Of a DNA stretch of 64,000 nt, positions 33,268 to 42,398 are shown piece by piece. The stretch is from a virus. Positions within the stretch are counted from its first letter, which is position 1, and each line of letters opens with the position of its first letter. The DNA lies in IMG/VR virus record IMGVR_UViG_3300030098_006570, positions 64,001 to 128,000 of that record; one strand, written 5' to 3'. Made by a program: the position numbers and the translations under genes. A model generated the notes under the pieces. It did no database searches. It was not told the DNA's origin and saw only the letters and a program-made list of their open reading frames with translations.

Positions 33268-33980
33268 AATTTATTTTCCTTTTCAAACAGTTGGGAGTAA
33301 AGCGCTTCTGCCGCATCAAACTCCCATTGATAATCAATATCAATATATTGTGCTGAATCATAATGGAAGAGGGGCGGATCATTAGGTTTCTCAAAAGACC
33401 CCATATAAACGTGCCGTCCCACATCTTCCATGGTTCCGGCGCGCAGAGGGCCGCCGGAGTAAATAGGCTCGATAAATTTAGTGTTGAAAGTGCGGCGCGC
33501 TTCCTCGGATCCATAAAACGCTTGAAATTGGGATCCATCCTTACGGTAAAAGAAGCGGCGATGCTCTACCACTGAAAATAGGCCGCGCGAATCTGATTTT
33601 ACAAAAGCTTCCACAAAGTTGTTCAAAGTTTCCACCTGTACTAGAGGATTGCATACATTCATAAGAATATAATGATCGTAATCGAGCTTATTCCACCAAT
33701 CGAAAACCTCAGGCAATGTAAAAGGCTTGGTATCATCATTGCGAATTGAGGTTTCGTCACGTAGATAAACATTAATATTGTGATTGTCAGCAATTTCTAA
33801 AAGTTCGGGATCGCGAGCAGAAAGATATAAATTCTCCGTGGGAAAAATAGACTCTTTTATCTTCTCAATTGCTACCTCCACCAGAGTACTTCCGGCGAAT
33901 GGGTTGATGACTTTCCCTGGCAAACGCGAAGATCCAACGCGTGCTTGCAAAATAAAACAAATTCGATCTAAATTTTTCAC
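33264..33980 (-). CDS. Second acylneuraminate cytidylyltransferase family protein
   Basis: ILQARVGSSRLPGKVINPFAG, CNPLV, DIDYQWEF. Confidence 0.82.
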   Translation of the reverse strand: MKNLDRICFILQARVGSSRLPGKVINPFAGSTLVEVAIEKIKESIFPTENLYLSARDPELLEIADNHNINVYLRDETSIRNDDTKPFTLPEVFDWWNKLDYDHYILMNVCNPLVQVETLNNFVEAFVKSDSRGLFSVVEHRRFFYRKDGSQFQAFYGSEEARRTFNTKFIEPIYSGGPLRAGTMEDVGRHVYMGSFEKPNDPPLFHYDSAQYIDIDYQWEFDAAEALYSQLFEKENKL

Positions 33981-35035
33981 CCTACCTCATCCTCCGCCGT
34001 GATAATGTCCTCGTACCCTACCGCCTCGTTGCGGCGAATGTCTCTCGCAGCCACAGTTCCCAATAGATTGGGATAATGACTAGGATCGAGTCCCGCATCT
34101 TCGGGCCGTTTACATGTAAGCATCTCCGACGTAATAACATCCCCTGCTCTAATATCTGCCGAAGCACAAATATGCTTGAAATATTCTTTTCTATGCGCAA
34201 GATCATCGGCGCTGGGGATGATATCCATCGCGCCGAGGGACTTTTCAATATTTCGAATGTGGCCTACCCACTCGGCGAACTCGGCTGGTTCCTTCGAAAT
34301 AATGTGATGATGGCCCGGAAGTGCATGACTCAGGGTTAGGCGCTTTTCAATAACTCTGGCGCCTAAACCGATGGCTACATAATCATTGATGTCGTAAGAA
34401 TTCGGTGAGGAAAAGCCTACCCGAACACCGAGTTGCTCCTTCATGTAGGGGATAGAGAGCATATTCATTTCTTCATGATGGGGGGTGTGATAATCATGTA
34501 ATAAAATAACATCATTGTCTTTGAGGATGTCGAGGACGATTTTCAGCTCATCTTCGTAGACAGTGCCCACATCAATTATGATAGGCTCCTTAAGCTTGCT
34601 CATTTTTTCCCATAAGGGATAATCGCTCAGATCCCAAGCTCCCACCTTGTAGAGCAAGAAGTTCAACTCTTCGGCATAGTCTAGGCCTGCTTGACCTTCG
34701 ATGCTGGCAAAGAGAAGGATATTTTCTTTATCCGCATAAGCTTTTATCTCTTTCCACTCGTCCAGGGTAAACCTCAAGGAGTCAAACATCTCAAACATAT
34801 TTTCCGTAACCTTACCGCGCACGGTGTCATAAGTATATTCCACTGTGGGGTCGCTCATCAAATCATCTGGGAAATGGAGAACAAACTTAACCGAGTCTGC
34901 ACCAGCTTTTGCGGCGGCCGATATCAATTGTTTGGTTATATCCATATCATAATTGCAAGTAACTCCAATCTCAGCGATGATAAAAATATTTTTATCTCCT
35001 ATAATTCGGTTACCAACTGTAAGCTCTGTGTTCAT
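33977..35035 (-). CDS. NeuB-family protein with degenerate active site
   Basis: Likely start MNTELTVG (SD GGAG). IIAEIG...ADSVKF and a SAF domain, but SDH is SSP and EKH is EKR. Confidence 0.8.
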   Translation of the reverse strand: MNTELTVGNRIIGDKNIFIIAEIGVTCNYDMDITKQLISAAAKAGADSVKFVLHFPDDLMSDPTVEYTYDTVRGKVTENMFEMFDSLRFTLDEWKEIKAYADKENILLFASIEGQAGLDYAEELNFLLYKVGAWDLSDYPLWEKMSKLKEPIIIDVGTVYEDELKIVLDILKDNDVILLHDYHTPHHEEMNMLSIPYMKEQLGVRVGFSSPNSYDINDYVAIGLGARVIEKRLTLSHALPGHHHIISKEPAEFAEWVGHIRNIEKSLGAMDIIPSADDLAHRKEYFKHICASADIRAGDVITSEMLTCKRPEDAGLDPSHYPNLLGTVAARDIRRNEAVGYEDIITAEDEVG

Positions 35036-35688
35036 TTTATCTCCCTTATTAGTTGAAATTTTTCCGCATATTCCAGGCCGACCTGGGAACCCCAAAATTT
35101 CATCGTATTCTCTACATGTTGATAGCTGCGGGCATGCGGATGGCCCCTCATTTCTTCCTCATAGCATTCCTTTAGACATGTTATTTTTTTATCTTTATAT
35201 TTGGTGACATCAAAATAAACTGTTCCCCTAAAAGAATTGAGAGGATTATAGTCAGTGGACGAGGGAACATAATACGAATAGATTTTAGTATGATCTCCTC
35301 CTTGGGGGCGAAAGACCGTAATCGTGGCCCTATAGACTACCGAATGGTCTATATTCAAACAATCCGGATGATGAGTAAAAATAACATCTGGTTTAAAATT
35401 AATATTGTTTTCGATAAATCGACACACCTCTAAGAGAGGTACCGAATCCATTTGGTTATCCGGGAAAGATCCATAATTATGGCTATGGATACCCAACGTA
35501 TCGGCTACGGATTTAAGCCTATAATTCCGATTCTGAGCATCAGGGGTCATCCAGGCTCGAGCGCTGATACCATCCGTAAAGGTCAACAGGTGAACGCGAT
35601 GTCCCTCTGCACTCAGCCGCGCTATGGTGGCGCCACACCCAAAAGTTTCATCATCAGGGTGGGCCGCTAAAACTAAAATATTCTTCAT
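35032..35688 (-). CDS. PIG-L family deacetylase
   Basis: AAHPDDETFG, FTDG, FTHH...DH. Confidence 0.9.
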   Translation of the reverse strand: MKNILVLAAHPDDETFGCGATIARLSAEGHRVHLLTFTDGISARAWMTPDAQNRNYRLKSVADTLGIHSHNYGSFPDNQMDSVPLLEVCRFIENNINFKPDVIFTHHPDCLNIDHSVVYRATITVFRPQGGDHTKIYSYYVPSSTDYNPLNSFRGTVYFDVTKYKDKKITCLKECYEEEMRGHPHARSYQHVENTMKFWGSQVGLEYAEKFQLIREIK

Positions 35689-35694
35689 CTTCTC

Positions 35695-36390
35695 TCAAAC
35701 CTCAATCAGTCTTTTAACATTTTCAACACCTATATTGAATAGTATATCATAAAATCCCATCCAAGGCACGAAGTTTTCCATGTTGTGTTGTGAATGGGGG
35801 GGCGTTTCGGCGTCATGATAAATGAGCCCTATTTCAGTGCCTCCAAATACATCTTCCACCCCATAATCTTTAGCCGGGTGGCCACAAATATAATGAGTAG
35901 CCCCCACTTTTTTACAGAGATTCACAATTTTATGGGGCCCCTTTGCATCCACGCTTAGGCTGCTGGACTTAAGAAGCTCAACCTCAAAACCTAGTAGATT
36001 ACATGTCAGCTCCAAGAGATGGAGTGTAACCTCCGTGTAATCAAAATTGAACTTTTCAACCACTGTGTCCAATTTATCATAAAACATATCTAATATTTTA
36101 CCGTCATAGTGGGGATGGTTAGAATAAGCTCGACGGAGTTGATCGCGGTGATGTCCTATCCACTCCAAATTAGCTATTTCGGACTCAGAAATCAGAGCCC
36201 GCGACGAGGAGGAAATCGGAATGGTGAGCCAGGTGGGACGGCCGTCGAGTAAGATCTTGTTGCGATTTTCAAATGCACGTGATTGACGCTGTACATCGTC
36301 GAGAACTATAAAGAGGTCGGCCTGATAGAGACGCTGAATATAACTCAATATGGGAATGTATCGCGGTTGGGTTATGACAACAGATTTCAT
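35695..36390 (-). CDS. WbqC-family protein
   Basis: ITQPRYIP...DLFIVLDDVQ...NRNKI...WLTIP...GATHYICG. Confidence 0.88.
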   Translation of the reverse strand: MKSVVITQPRYIPILSYIQRLYQADLFIVLDDVQRQSRAFENRNKILLDGRPTWLTIPISSSSRALISESEIANLEWIGHHRDQLRRAYSNHPHYDGKILDMFYDKLDTVVEKFNFDYTEVTLHLLELTCNLLGFEVELLKSSSLSVDAKGPHKIVNLCKKVGATHYICGHPAKDYGVEDVFGGTEIGLIYHDAETPPHSQHNMENFVPWMGFYDILFNIGVENVKRLIEV

Positions 36391-37256
36391 TCATTCCCAG
36401 CCAATTCGGATAGAAGAGCGGAGATTCGCCCATCATGCTCATTAACTCGACCCATCAGCTTTCTGGCTTCAGTTGGCGCATGTGTAAAGGCCAAGCGAAG
36501 AATATCCATCCAATTCACATTATTCTTGCTACGGATCTCCTGTACCTCATCGAGGATTTCGAGGTCGCTCCTTTTTTGGGTGGCACCAGTTTCCTTGGTG
36601 ACCAGAAAGCTCACCTCCACCGAACCGCAGCAGTAGCCATGATTTTCACCTACTGTGACGCGCTCGCAGGTCGTAAATCCGACGTCCTTGGCGATCTTCG
36701 CAATGTCCCCATATTTCATCCAGAGTACATTCCACTCTCTGGCGCGCTCATTCCCTTCGTTCTCTCGCTTTTCGATATCATAGCCATGATAAACAAGGGC
36801 CTTACCTCCCTCTTCTAAGAGATTGTAAATGTTTTCCATACTGGTCTGTAACCCTGCATCATTGAGATAGGGAAAGACAGCGCCACAAATAATTTTATTG
36901 AACTTTTTACCCTCTAGGTTGGAAAGATGAGGCAACGAATCTTGAATGGCTTCCATCTTGTGACTGTTCCCCGTCTTTCGGGCCCACTTATTAAAATTGT
37001 TTACATAATTAGCATAGGGTTCGACCAGGGTTAGAGAGGTGAAGCGCTCGCTATCTAATTGTTTGATAAAATGACCCGTACCTCCTCCAAGGTCCAAGAT
37101 GGTATCACCATCTTCAAAAGACAAAAACTTGTCAATGTCATCTCCAATACTGGCAAAAACCGAATCAGGATAGGCCCCGCGGCCATGGGCAATTTTATAA
37201 TCGGAGTAGCTGCTTCTCTCACTCCAATATTTCTTCCATGTTTTTTCTCTTTCCAT
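36387..37256 (-). CDS. Class I SAM methyltransferase with C-terminal helical appendage
   Basis: ILDLGGGTG, LVEP, LLEEGGK. Confidence 0.8.
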   Translation of the reverse strand: MEREKTWKKYWSERSSYSDYKIAHGRGAYPDSVFASIGDDIDKFLSFEDGDTILDLGGGTGHFIKQLDSERFTSLTLVEPYANYVNNFNKWARKTGNSHKMEAIQDSLPHLSNLEGKKFNKIICGAVFPYLNDAGLQTSMENIYNLLEEGGKALVYHGYDIEKRENEGNERAREWNVLWMKYGDIAKIAKDVGFTTCERVTVGENHGYCCGSVEVSFLVTKETGATQKRSDLEILDEVQEIRSKNNVNWMDILRLAFTHAPTEARKLMGRVNEHDGRISALLSELAGNE

Positions 37257-37280
37257 AAGAATCTTATCTCCTTTTCTTTC

Positions 37281-38225
37281 TTATAAATTTAGCGCTTCGT
37301 CGAAGCTAATATAAGGAACCACTTGATTTATCAAAGTGTATGTGTCATCGAAAACACTGTAAATTTCCATCTGATGCAGGTGTTGCAGATCTACCCATTT
37401 TTTAACGAACCCGAGCGACACATCACGCTGATCTTCTTGCTCTGCAGCGTGGGCGGCCGGACGCGAGGCTCCAAAATTAGAGGCCTCTAGAGTGTTGCGT
37501 AAAACCACATCTTCATCGATTTCCCAAAAACGGGCGCCCACAAAATCAAACCCCATTATCATCACCCGTCGCGCTTTCAAAAACTGCGCTAAGGGAAAAA
37601 TAGCGCTTGAGACCTTATTTTCTAGTCCCCATTTGCGCGCCATCGTATAGGGAGGAAGAAAAACCTGCTCTCCATCAAAGGCGGCCGTGCCGAAAACAAT
37701 GGGGCCCTCCGTTTCAAAGCGATTTTCAAAATCCCCTACGCAATAGGTATCATCAGGAGTCGTCGTATTGAGCCCCATGGTCTGTTGATACTTGGTGGTA
37801 GTAGCTTTAAACACTGTCACTTTGATCCCGATATGTCTAACTTGATCCAAAAGCTCTAAATACTCGTCCCAACTACAGGTCCGATGCTCATCATCTACTC
37901 GATCTGGAGCGGTAGGGGTGGTTCCCCCATACAAGCGATAATATGCATAATTGTCGGCTAAAAAGTGAGGAACCAAAATTTCTATATTCATCAATCTTTC
38001 ATACTGGGGGGCCGTCGAGGGCACCGTCAGTAAAAATCTAAGACCTTCGGCTGCAGAGTTAGGGTCCATCCACGCCCAGTAATCGGGGACCACATTATAA
38101 AATTTATATTCCAGTGGAAAGGTCCGCTGGAACGAAAGAATCTTGTCACCGCTGCGTCGCAGTTTTTCCAGCTCTTCTTTGTGGTAGGCAATAGACTCAC
38201 CAGTTCCCAGGACCCATAATTTCAT
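37281..38225 (-). CDS. Maf/DUF115 (sialyltransferase-like fold) protein
   Basis: WVLGTGES, PDYWAWMD, LAQFLKARRVMIMGFDF pattern. Confidence 0.55.
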   Translation of the reverse strand: MKLWVLGTGESIAYHKEELEKLRRSGDKILSFQRTFPLEYKFYNVVPDYWAWMDPNSAAEGLRFLLTVPSTAPQYERLMNIEILVPHFLADNYAYYRLYGGTTPTAPDRVDDEHRTCSWDEYLELLDQVRHIGIKVTVFKATTTKYQQTMGLNTTTPDDTYCVGDFENRFETEGPIVFGTAAFDGEQVFLPPYTMARKWGLENKVSSAIFPLAQFLKARRVMIMGFDFVGARFWEIDEDVVLRNTLEASNFGASRPAAHAAEQEDQRDVSLGFVKKWVDLQHLHQMEIYSVFDDTYTLINQVVPYISFDEALNL

Positions 38226-38311
38226 GGTTTGTGATCTCTTTGTATGTTCAAGTACATCTGCTTTATTCTACTCTATTCTGCGCGGGATTTAAATACGATT
38301 ATAAAGAATTT

Positions 38312-39316
38312 TCACGGTTCCGGCGAATATAGAGGGAGATTGAGGATAGTGGAATGAACCTCTTCTAAAAGGGGTAAACAGTGTTTCTCTACTGAAGACC
38401 AATAAGCGGTAGTGTGAAGCATGGGATAGTGGCGCGCTACTCCGATTCTCTCTGTCAAGGCCTCTGCATTATCCACCAAAGTGGTTCCCAAATAATAAGA
38501 AGAATGGGAATCTTGGGGGAGTAATGTAAATTCTTCGCCCCACCTTTCATAGTTAGTTTTGCGCTCGGCTAATTGTGCTGCGTAACGAGGCAACTGCGTA
38601 AGCGCTACTGTTGCGCTTAAGTTATTCATATAAAATTTAAACCCCTCCTGGGTGATGTCATAAGAGGACCCAGAGGTCACGCGCCCAAAATTGCGATAAG
38701 AGCGGAAATAATTTTCCGCCGCCGAATCGTTGGTGCCAATAAGGCCGCCGTCGGGACTACATATGGGCTTATAAGGATGAAAAGAGAAAAATACAAAATC
38801 AGATTTGATCGTAGGAGTCACGCAATGGGCGCTATCTACCACCACTACCTCATCTCCATAAGGTTCAAAATCTTCAATATTACTCACACCCCCATAAAGG
38901 ACCGGCATGAGAACAACCGGCAGGGAGGGTTTCTGCAAAGAAACTGCAAGGCGCCTCTCTTTATAAGAAGTTGTCGAAAATTGGAGATCTTTATTCACAT
39001 CCACAAATATGACCCGATGGCCATTTTGCCGCGCGGCCCAGGCGGGAGATGTAAACCCGAGGGATGTGGTATAAACATCACACGGGCCTTTAAGTGCGAA
39101 AAGATAAGCGAAAATCATATAGGCTGCAGCGCTAGCGGAATTTGTGGCAATATTGTAAGATTTATGTGAAAAAGATGTAAACTGATTTTCAAATTCTGTA
39201 ACGTTGGGACCGAAACCGAGGGCGCCCTTTTGGAGAACCTCTATAATAGAGGGCAGATCTTCAGCAAGTATAGAAGAATCAAAGGCCTTCATTTTAGAAG
39301 ATATCTTCATAAACAT
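38312..39316 (-). CDS. DegT/DnrJ/PseC-family PLP sugar aminotransferase
   Basis: NSASAA, VDSAH, FSFHPYKPI (PLP lysine). Confidence 0.88.
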   Translation of the reverse strand: MFMKISSKMKAFDSSILAEDLPSIIEVLQKGALGFGPNVTEFENQFTSFSHKSYNIATNSASAAAYMIFAYLFALKGPCDVYTTSLGFTSPAWAARQNGHRVIFVDVNKDLQFSTTSYKERRLAVSLQKPSLPVVLMPVLYGGVSNIEDFEPYGDEVVVVDSAHCVTPTIKSDFVFFSFHPYKPICSPDGGLIGTNDSAAENYFRSYRNFGRVTSGSSYDITQEGFKFYMNNLSATVALTQLPRYAAQLAERKTNYERWGEEFTLLPQDSHSSYYLGTTLVDNAEALTERIGVARHYPMLHTTAYWSSVEKHCLPLLEEVHSTILNLPLYSPEP

Positions 39317-39387
39317 GCTCCCCCGAGTTATTGGTCATTATATATTTACGAGCACCGGCGCCCTGGGACCAATATTCCTCTTGTGGA

Positions 39388-40362
39388 TTAGTTGGCATCG
39401 CCCAATCCCCGCTCAATCAGTCGCACTAATTCATCCACATTATCACTCATATGCAATGCGGAGTTGAACTCCGGGCCATCATAGGACGCCCAGGCTGTCC
39501 GAGCGGTGCGATTAGTATATTGAGGGCGTACGCCCAACAGATTGAGGCCGGGGACCGCGTAAGTAAACGGTAATTCGGTGGCGGCGAGCATATCTTCGTG
39601 AAGTTTCTCTCCAGGTCGCAGCCCGATCAATTCATAGTCGACAGGGGCGCCGTGCAACTTCTCCACGGCTTTAATAATTGTAGTCATATCATAAGAGCAG
39701 ATCTGGGGAATAAAAACTTCGCCACCCTCGGCATTTTCGAGGGCGCCCAGGACCGTATCCACTGCATCTTCGAGGGTAAACAAAAAGCGGGACATCTCAA
39801 GCGACGTCACTTTGATATTCTTCCCCTCCCCAAGAAGACCGAGCCATAGAGGGATAAAAGATCCGCGGGACGCAATCACATTTCCATATCTCACTGATGC
39901 AAAGATGGTTCCTTCGGATTGATAGTCATAGTTGGTGTAGAGTCGTTCTGCGATAAACTTTGAGGACCCATAGACGTTGACCGGTTGGCAGGCCTTATCG
40001 GTGGAAATAAGAATACACTTTTTCACCATGTTCAAAAGAGCGGCCCGGGCCACATTTTCGGATCCAGCAATATTAGTTTTTACACACTCATCCGGGTAGA
40101 ATTCCATATCATCAATACGTTTGAGAGCGGCGGTGTGGATAACATAGTCGGGCTTGAAGCGCTTCATTGTAACATTGAGTTTATCGAAATCTCGTACGTC
40201 CCCAATGACGCGTATAACCTCAGGTAATGGCCCAAAGGAAAGGGCTTGTTTGCCTTCGTCACGGCTAAACACCACTATCTTATTCAAAGGATCTTTGAGT
40301 AGGCGTTTGATGAGGGCTTTTCCAAGCGATCCCGTGCCGCCCGTAATCAAGTATGTTGTCAC
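39388..40362 (-). CDS. UDP-GlcNAc 4,6-dehydratase (PseB/FnlA family)
   Basis: TGGTGSLG, SRDEGKQ, STDKA, YGSSK, RYGNV.ASRGS, RPGEKLHE. Confidence 0.92.
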   Translation of the reverse strand: MTTYLITGGTGSLGKALIKRLLKDPLNKIVVFSRDEGKQALSFGPLPEVIRVIGDVRDFDKLNVTMKRFKPDYVIHTAALKRIDDMEFYPDECVKTNIAGSENVARAALLNMVKKCILISTDKACQPVNVYGSSKFIAERLYTNYDYQSEGTIFASVRYGNVIASRGSFIPLWLGLLGEGKNIKVTSLEMSRFLFTLEDAVDTVLGALENAEGGEVFIPQICSYDMTTIIKAVEKLHGAPVDYELIGLRPGEKLHEDMLAATELPFTYAVPGLNLLGVRPQYTNRTARTAWASYDGPEFNSALHMSDNVDELVRLIERGLGDAN

Positions 40363-42398
40363 AGTTCCACCCGTTCTATCTTATCGTCAGCCGGATTCAG
40401 CCGGGAGATAATCTTTAGTTCACACTCATTTTGGCGAAGCCAATCGTGCCAGTCACCCACTACACTCAAAGTAATTCCCTCCTCATGAGGAAGCGTTTTG
40501 GCCGCCGTCTCGTTGGCGGCGACTTCATTGGAGTGGATAAATTCTTCCTTCTTGTAAGTACTGCCTTCTTTATCATAAAAGTGTTGGTGAGCAGCGCCTT
40601 CGGGGAGCAATTTATTGTCCCATCCAATAGTGATGACCTCGCTCACCCCCAGATGCTGAAGGAGATAGAAGACAGCCTCGTACATGATGCCGGGCCCATA
40701 AGGACGGAGCATTCCTTGTTTGTCCAGGGTCCACTCATCAAAATTCTTCTTGGCCGCTACGGAGTTATCAAAATTTCTCTCCTGAATAAAGAACTTCAAA
40801 TCACACTCTCCCAACTTGAAAGGAGTAGTGGACGCTTCCAAAACGACTGGGCGGCGCGCAGTGTAGTCATACTTCTTATAGTTAGCGCAGTTATAAACAT
40901 GGAAATCCGTGAACGATGCAAACAGATCATAAGCCTGTTTGATGGCAATCGTGAGATTATTTTCCAGCAGCCCCTTTACGGCATCCTCATCGTGTTCTGT
41001 TAACGTGGGTCCGCAAGAGAGCACATAACATTTCTCTCCCTTGAAGAGGTCCTTCAGGAGGGCCAGCTTTTCGGACTGCAGACCGAACTGGGCGACGGCC
41101 GTTGTTGCAGCTGCAGCACGATCTTTGGGGTTTTCTATCTGCAGTAGATCTTCGCGTGCTTTCCCAATACTGTCTTTGGTGCCCTCCAGGGGTACCCCTA
41201 AGCTCTCAACAAACTGTGCATACATATTTTCCGGAGTGAAGTTCTCAAGGATATGCTTTTGAAGAGCGAGAGCCTCTTGCTTATAGTGCTGCTGCTTGGT
41301 AATTGCCTCCTTGAGGGCGCGCTTGTACGAGTTTTCCTTGGCATAAGCCCACATAGAATCCTTTTGGAGGACCCCATCCCAGACGGCCGCCTTCTGAATC
41401 GGCTTCACATTATAATCTACCTTGATGATACGAGGAAAGTTTTTACCCTTCTTGTTGGGACGACAAATGTAATCCATCTGCCCGCTCCACGCCATCGTGA
41501 TAAGCGGAAGACCATTATATGCTGCCTCAAACATAGGGAGGCCATACCCTTCCCCGTGAGCGATATTAATCAAGGCGCGCATGGACGGGTGCTGATAGAG
41601 CCACGTAAGGTTCTCCATACTAATCTCTCCATGGACCATGTAAATCTTGCATTTGCGGTCCGGGATGGCCTGCAGGATTCGCTCAATTGTCCACCCTGTG
41701 TGGTAGCGATCTCGAATACTGTCGCATGCGATGCTTGTCTTGACCACAAGTCCCGCTGTCTCATCATCTTTGAAAGTTTCCGCAAACCACTTAATGGTGT
41801 TTTCCATATTCTTCCGGGGGCCCCACTGCGACACTACCAAGAAATTATTAGTAGTGGTAAACTCGATGTTTAGGGGGTCAGCTTCTCTTACCCGCGTGGG
41901 GTAATTCACAACTTCTACAGGGAGGTCAGGGCGCAGGCCCCAGTTCGGCACCTCTTCACCGGTTTCCTGAGCAGTGACAGCGTACTTTGTATTCTGGAAT
42001 ACATCTCGTGAATGTGCAGAAATGGTAACCAAGCGCTGTACCGTCGTGTTGCATTTTTCAATCCACTGGGGGGCGACCTTGGTTGTTTCAATTCCAGCCG
42101 TATACCCAACGTTGTAGGGAGCAATGGGCTCAAACTCATTTGGAATAGTCACCTGTAGGGACATGTCAAAGGTCCCGCCGTTTTGAGTATAAACTTGAGT
42201 CTTTAGCATCAAGCTGTCCAACCACCGGCGCTCTTCGCTGTTTTCCATCATCATCCCGGTTTTCCCCCATGGGATATTGATAGCATAAATATCAAATACG
42301 TCTTCTCGGGTGCGCAATGCTCGCAGCGCGAACCGGGCCTGTTCGCCATAGCCGGATCGGCTAAGAGCCGGCGCCTTCACTAATATTTTCTTTTTCAT
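40359..42398 (-). CDS. GT-B glycosyltransferase fused to a Maf/DUF115-like domain
   Basis: SGYG, PRKN, HGEGYGLPMFEA. C-terminal FKGEKCYVLSCGPTL...LQHLGVSEVITIGWD. Confidence 0.8.
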   Translation of the reverse strand: MKKKILVKAPALSRSGYGEQARFALRALRTREDVFDIYAINIPWGKTGMMMENSEERRWLDSLMLKTQVYTQNGGTFDMSLQVTIPNEFEPIAPYNVGYTAGIETTKVAPQWIEKCNTTVQRLVTISAHSRDVFQNTKYAVTAQETGEEVPNWGLRPDLPVEVVNYPTRVREADPLNIEFTTTNNFLVVSQWGPRKNMENTIKWFAETFKDDETAGLVVKTSIACDSIRDRYHTGWTIERILQAIPDRKCKIYMVHGEISMENLTWLYQHPSMRALINIAHGEGYGLPMFEAAYNGLPLITMAWSGQMDYICRPNKKGKNFPRIIKVDYNVKPIQKAAVWDGVLQKDSMWAYAKENSYKRALKEAITKQQHYKQEALALQKHILENFTPENMYAQFVESLGVPLEGTKDSIGKAREDLLQIENPKDRAAAATTAVAQFGLQSEKLALLKDLFKGEKCYVLSCGPTLTEHDEDAVKGLLENNLTIAIKQAYDLFASFTDFHVYNCANYKKYDYTARRPVVLEASTTPFKLGECDLKFFIQERNFDNSVAAKKNFDEWTLDKQGMLRPYGPGIMYEAVFYLLQHLGVSEVITIGWDNKLLPEGAAHQHFYDKEGSTYKKEEFIHSNEVAANETAAKTLPHEEGITLSVVGDWHDWLRQNECELKIISRLNPADDKIERVEL

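Noticed and set aside
39329-39374. 8-bp inverted repeat (TATTGGTC/GACCAATA) between dehydratase and aminotransferase genes
   Set aside because: 30-nt loop and no U-tract; too weak to call a terminator or riboswitch.
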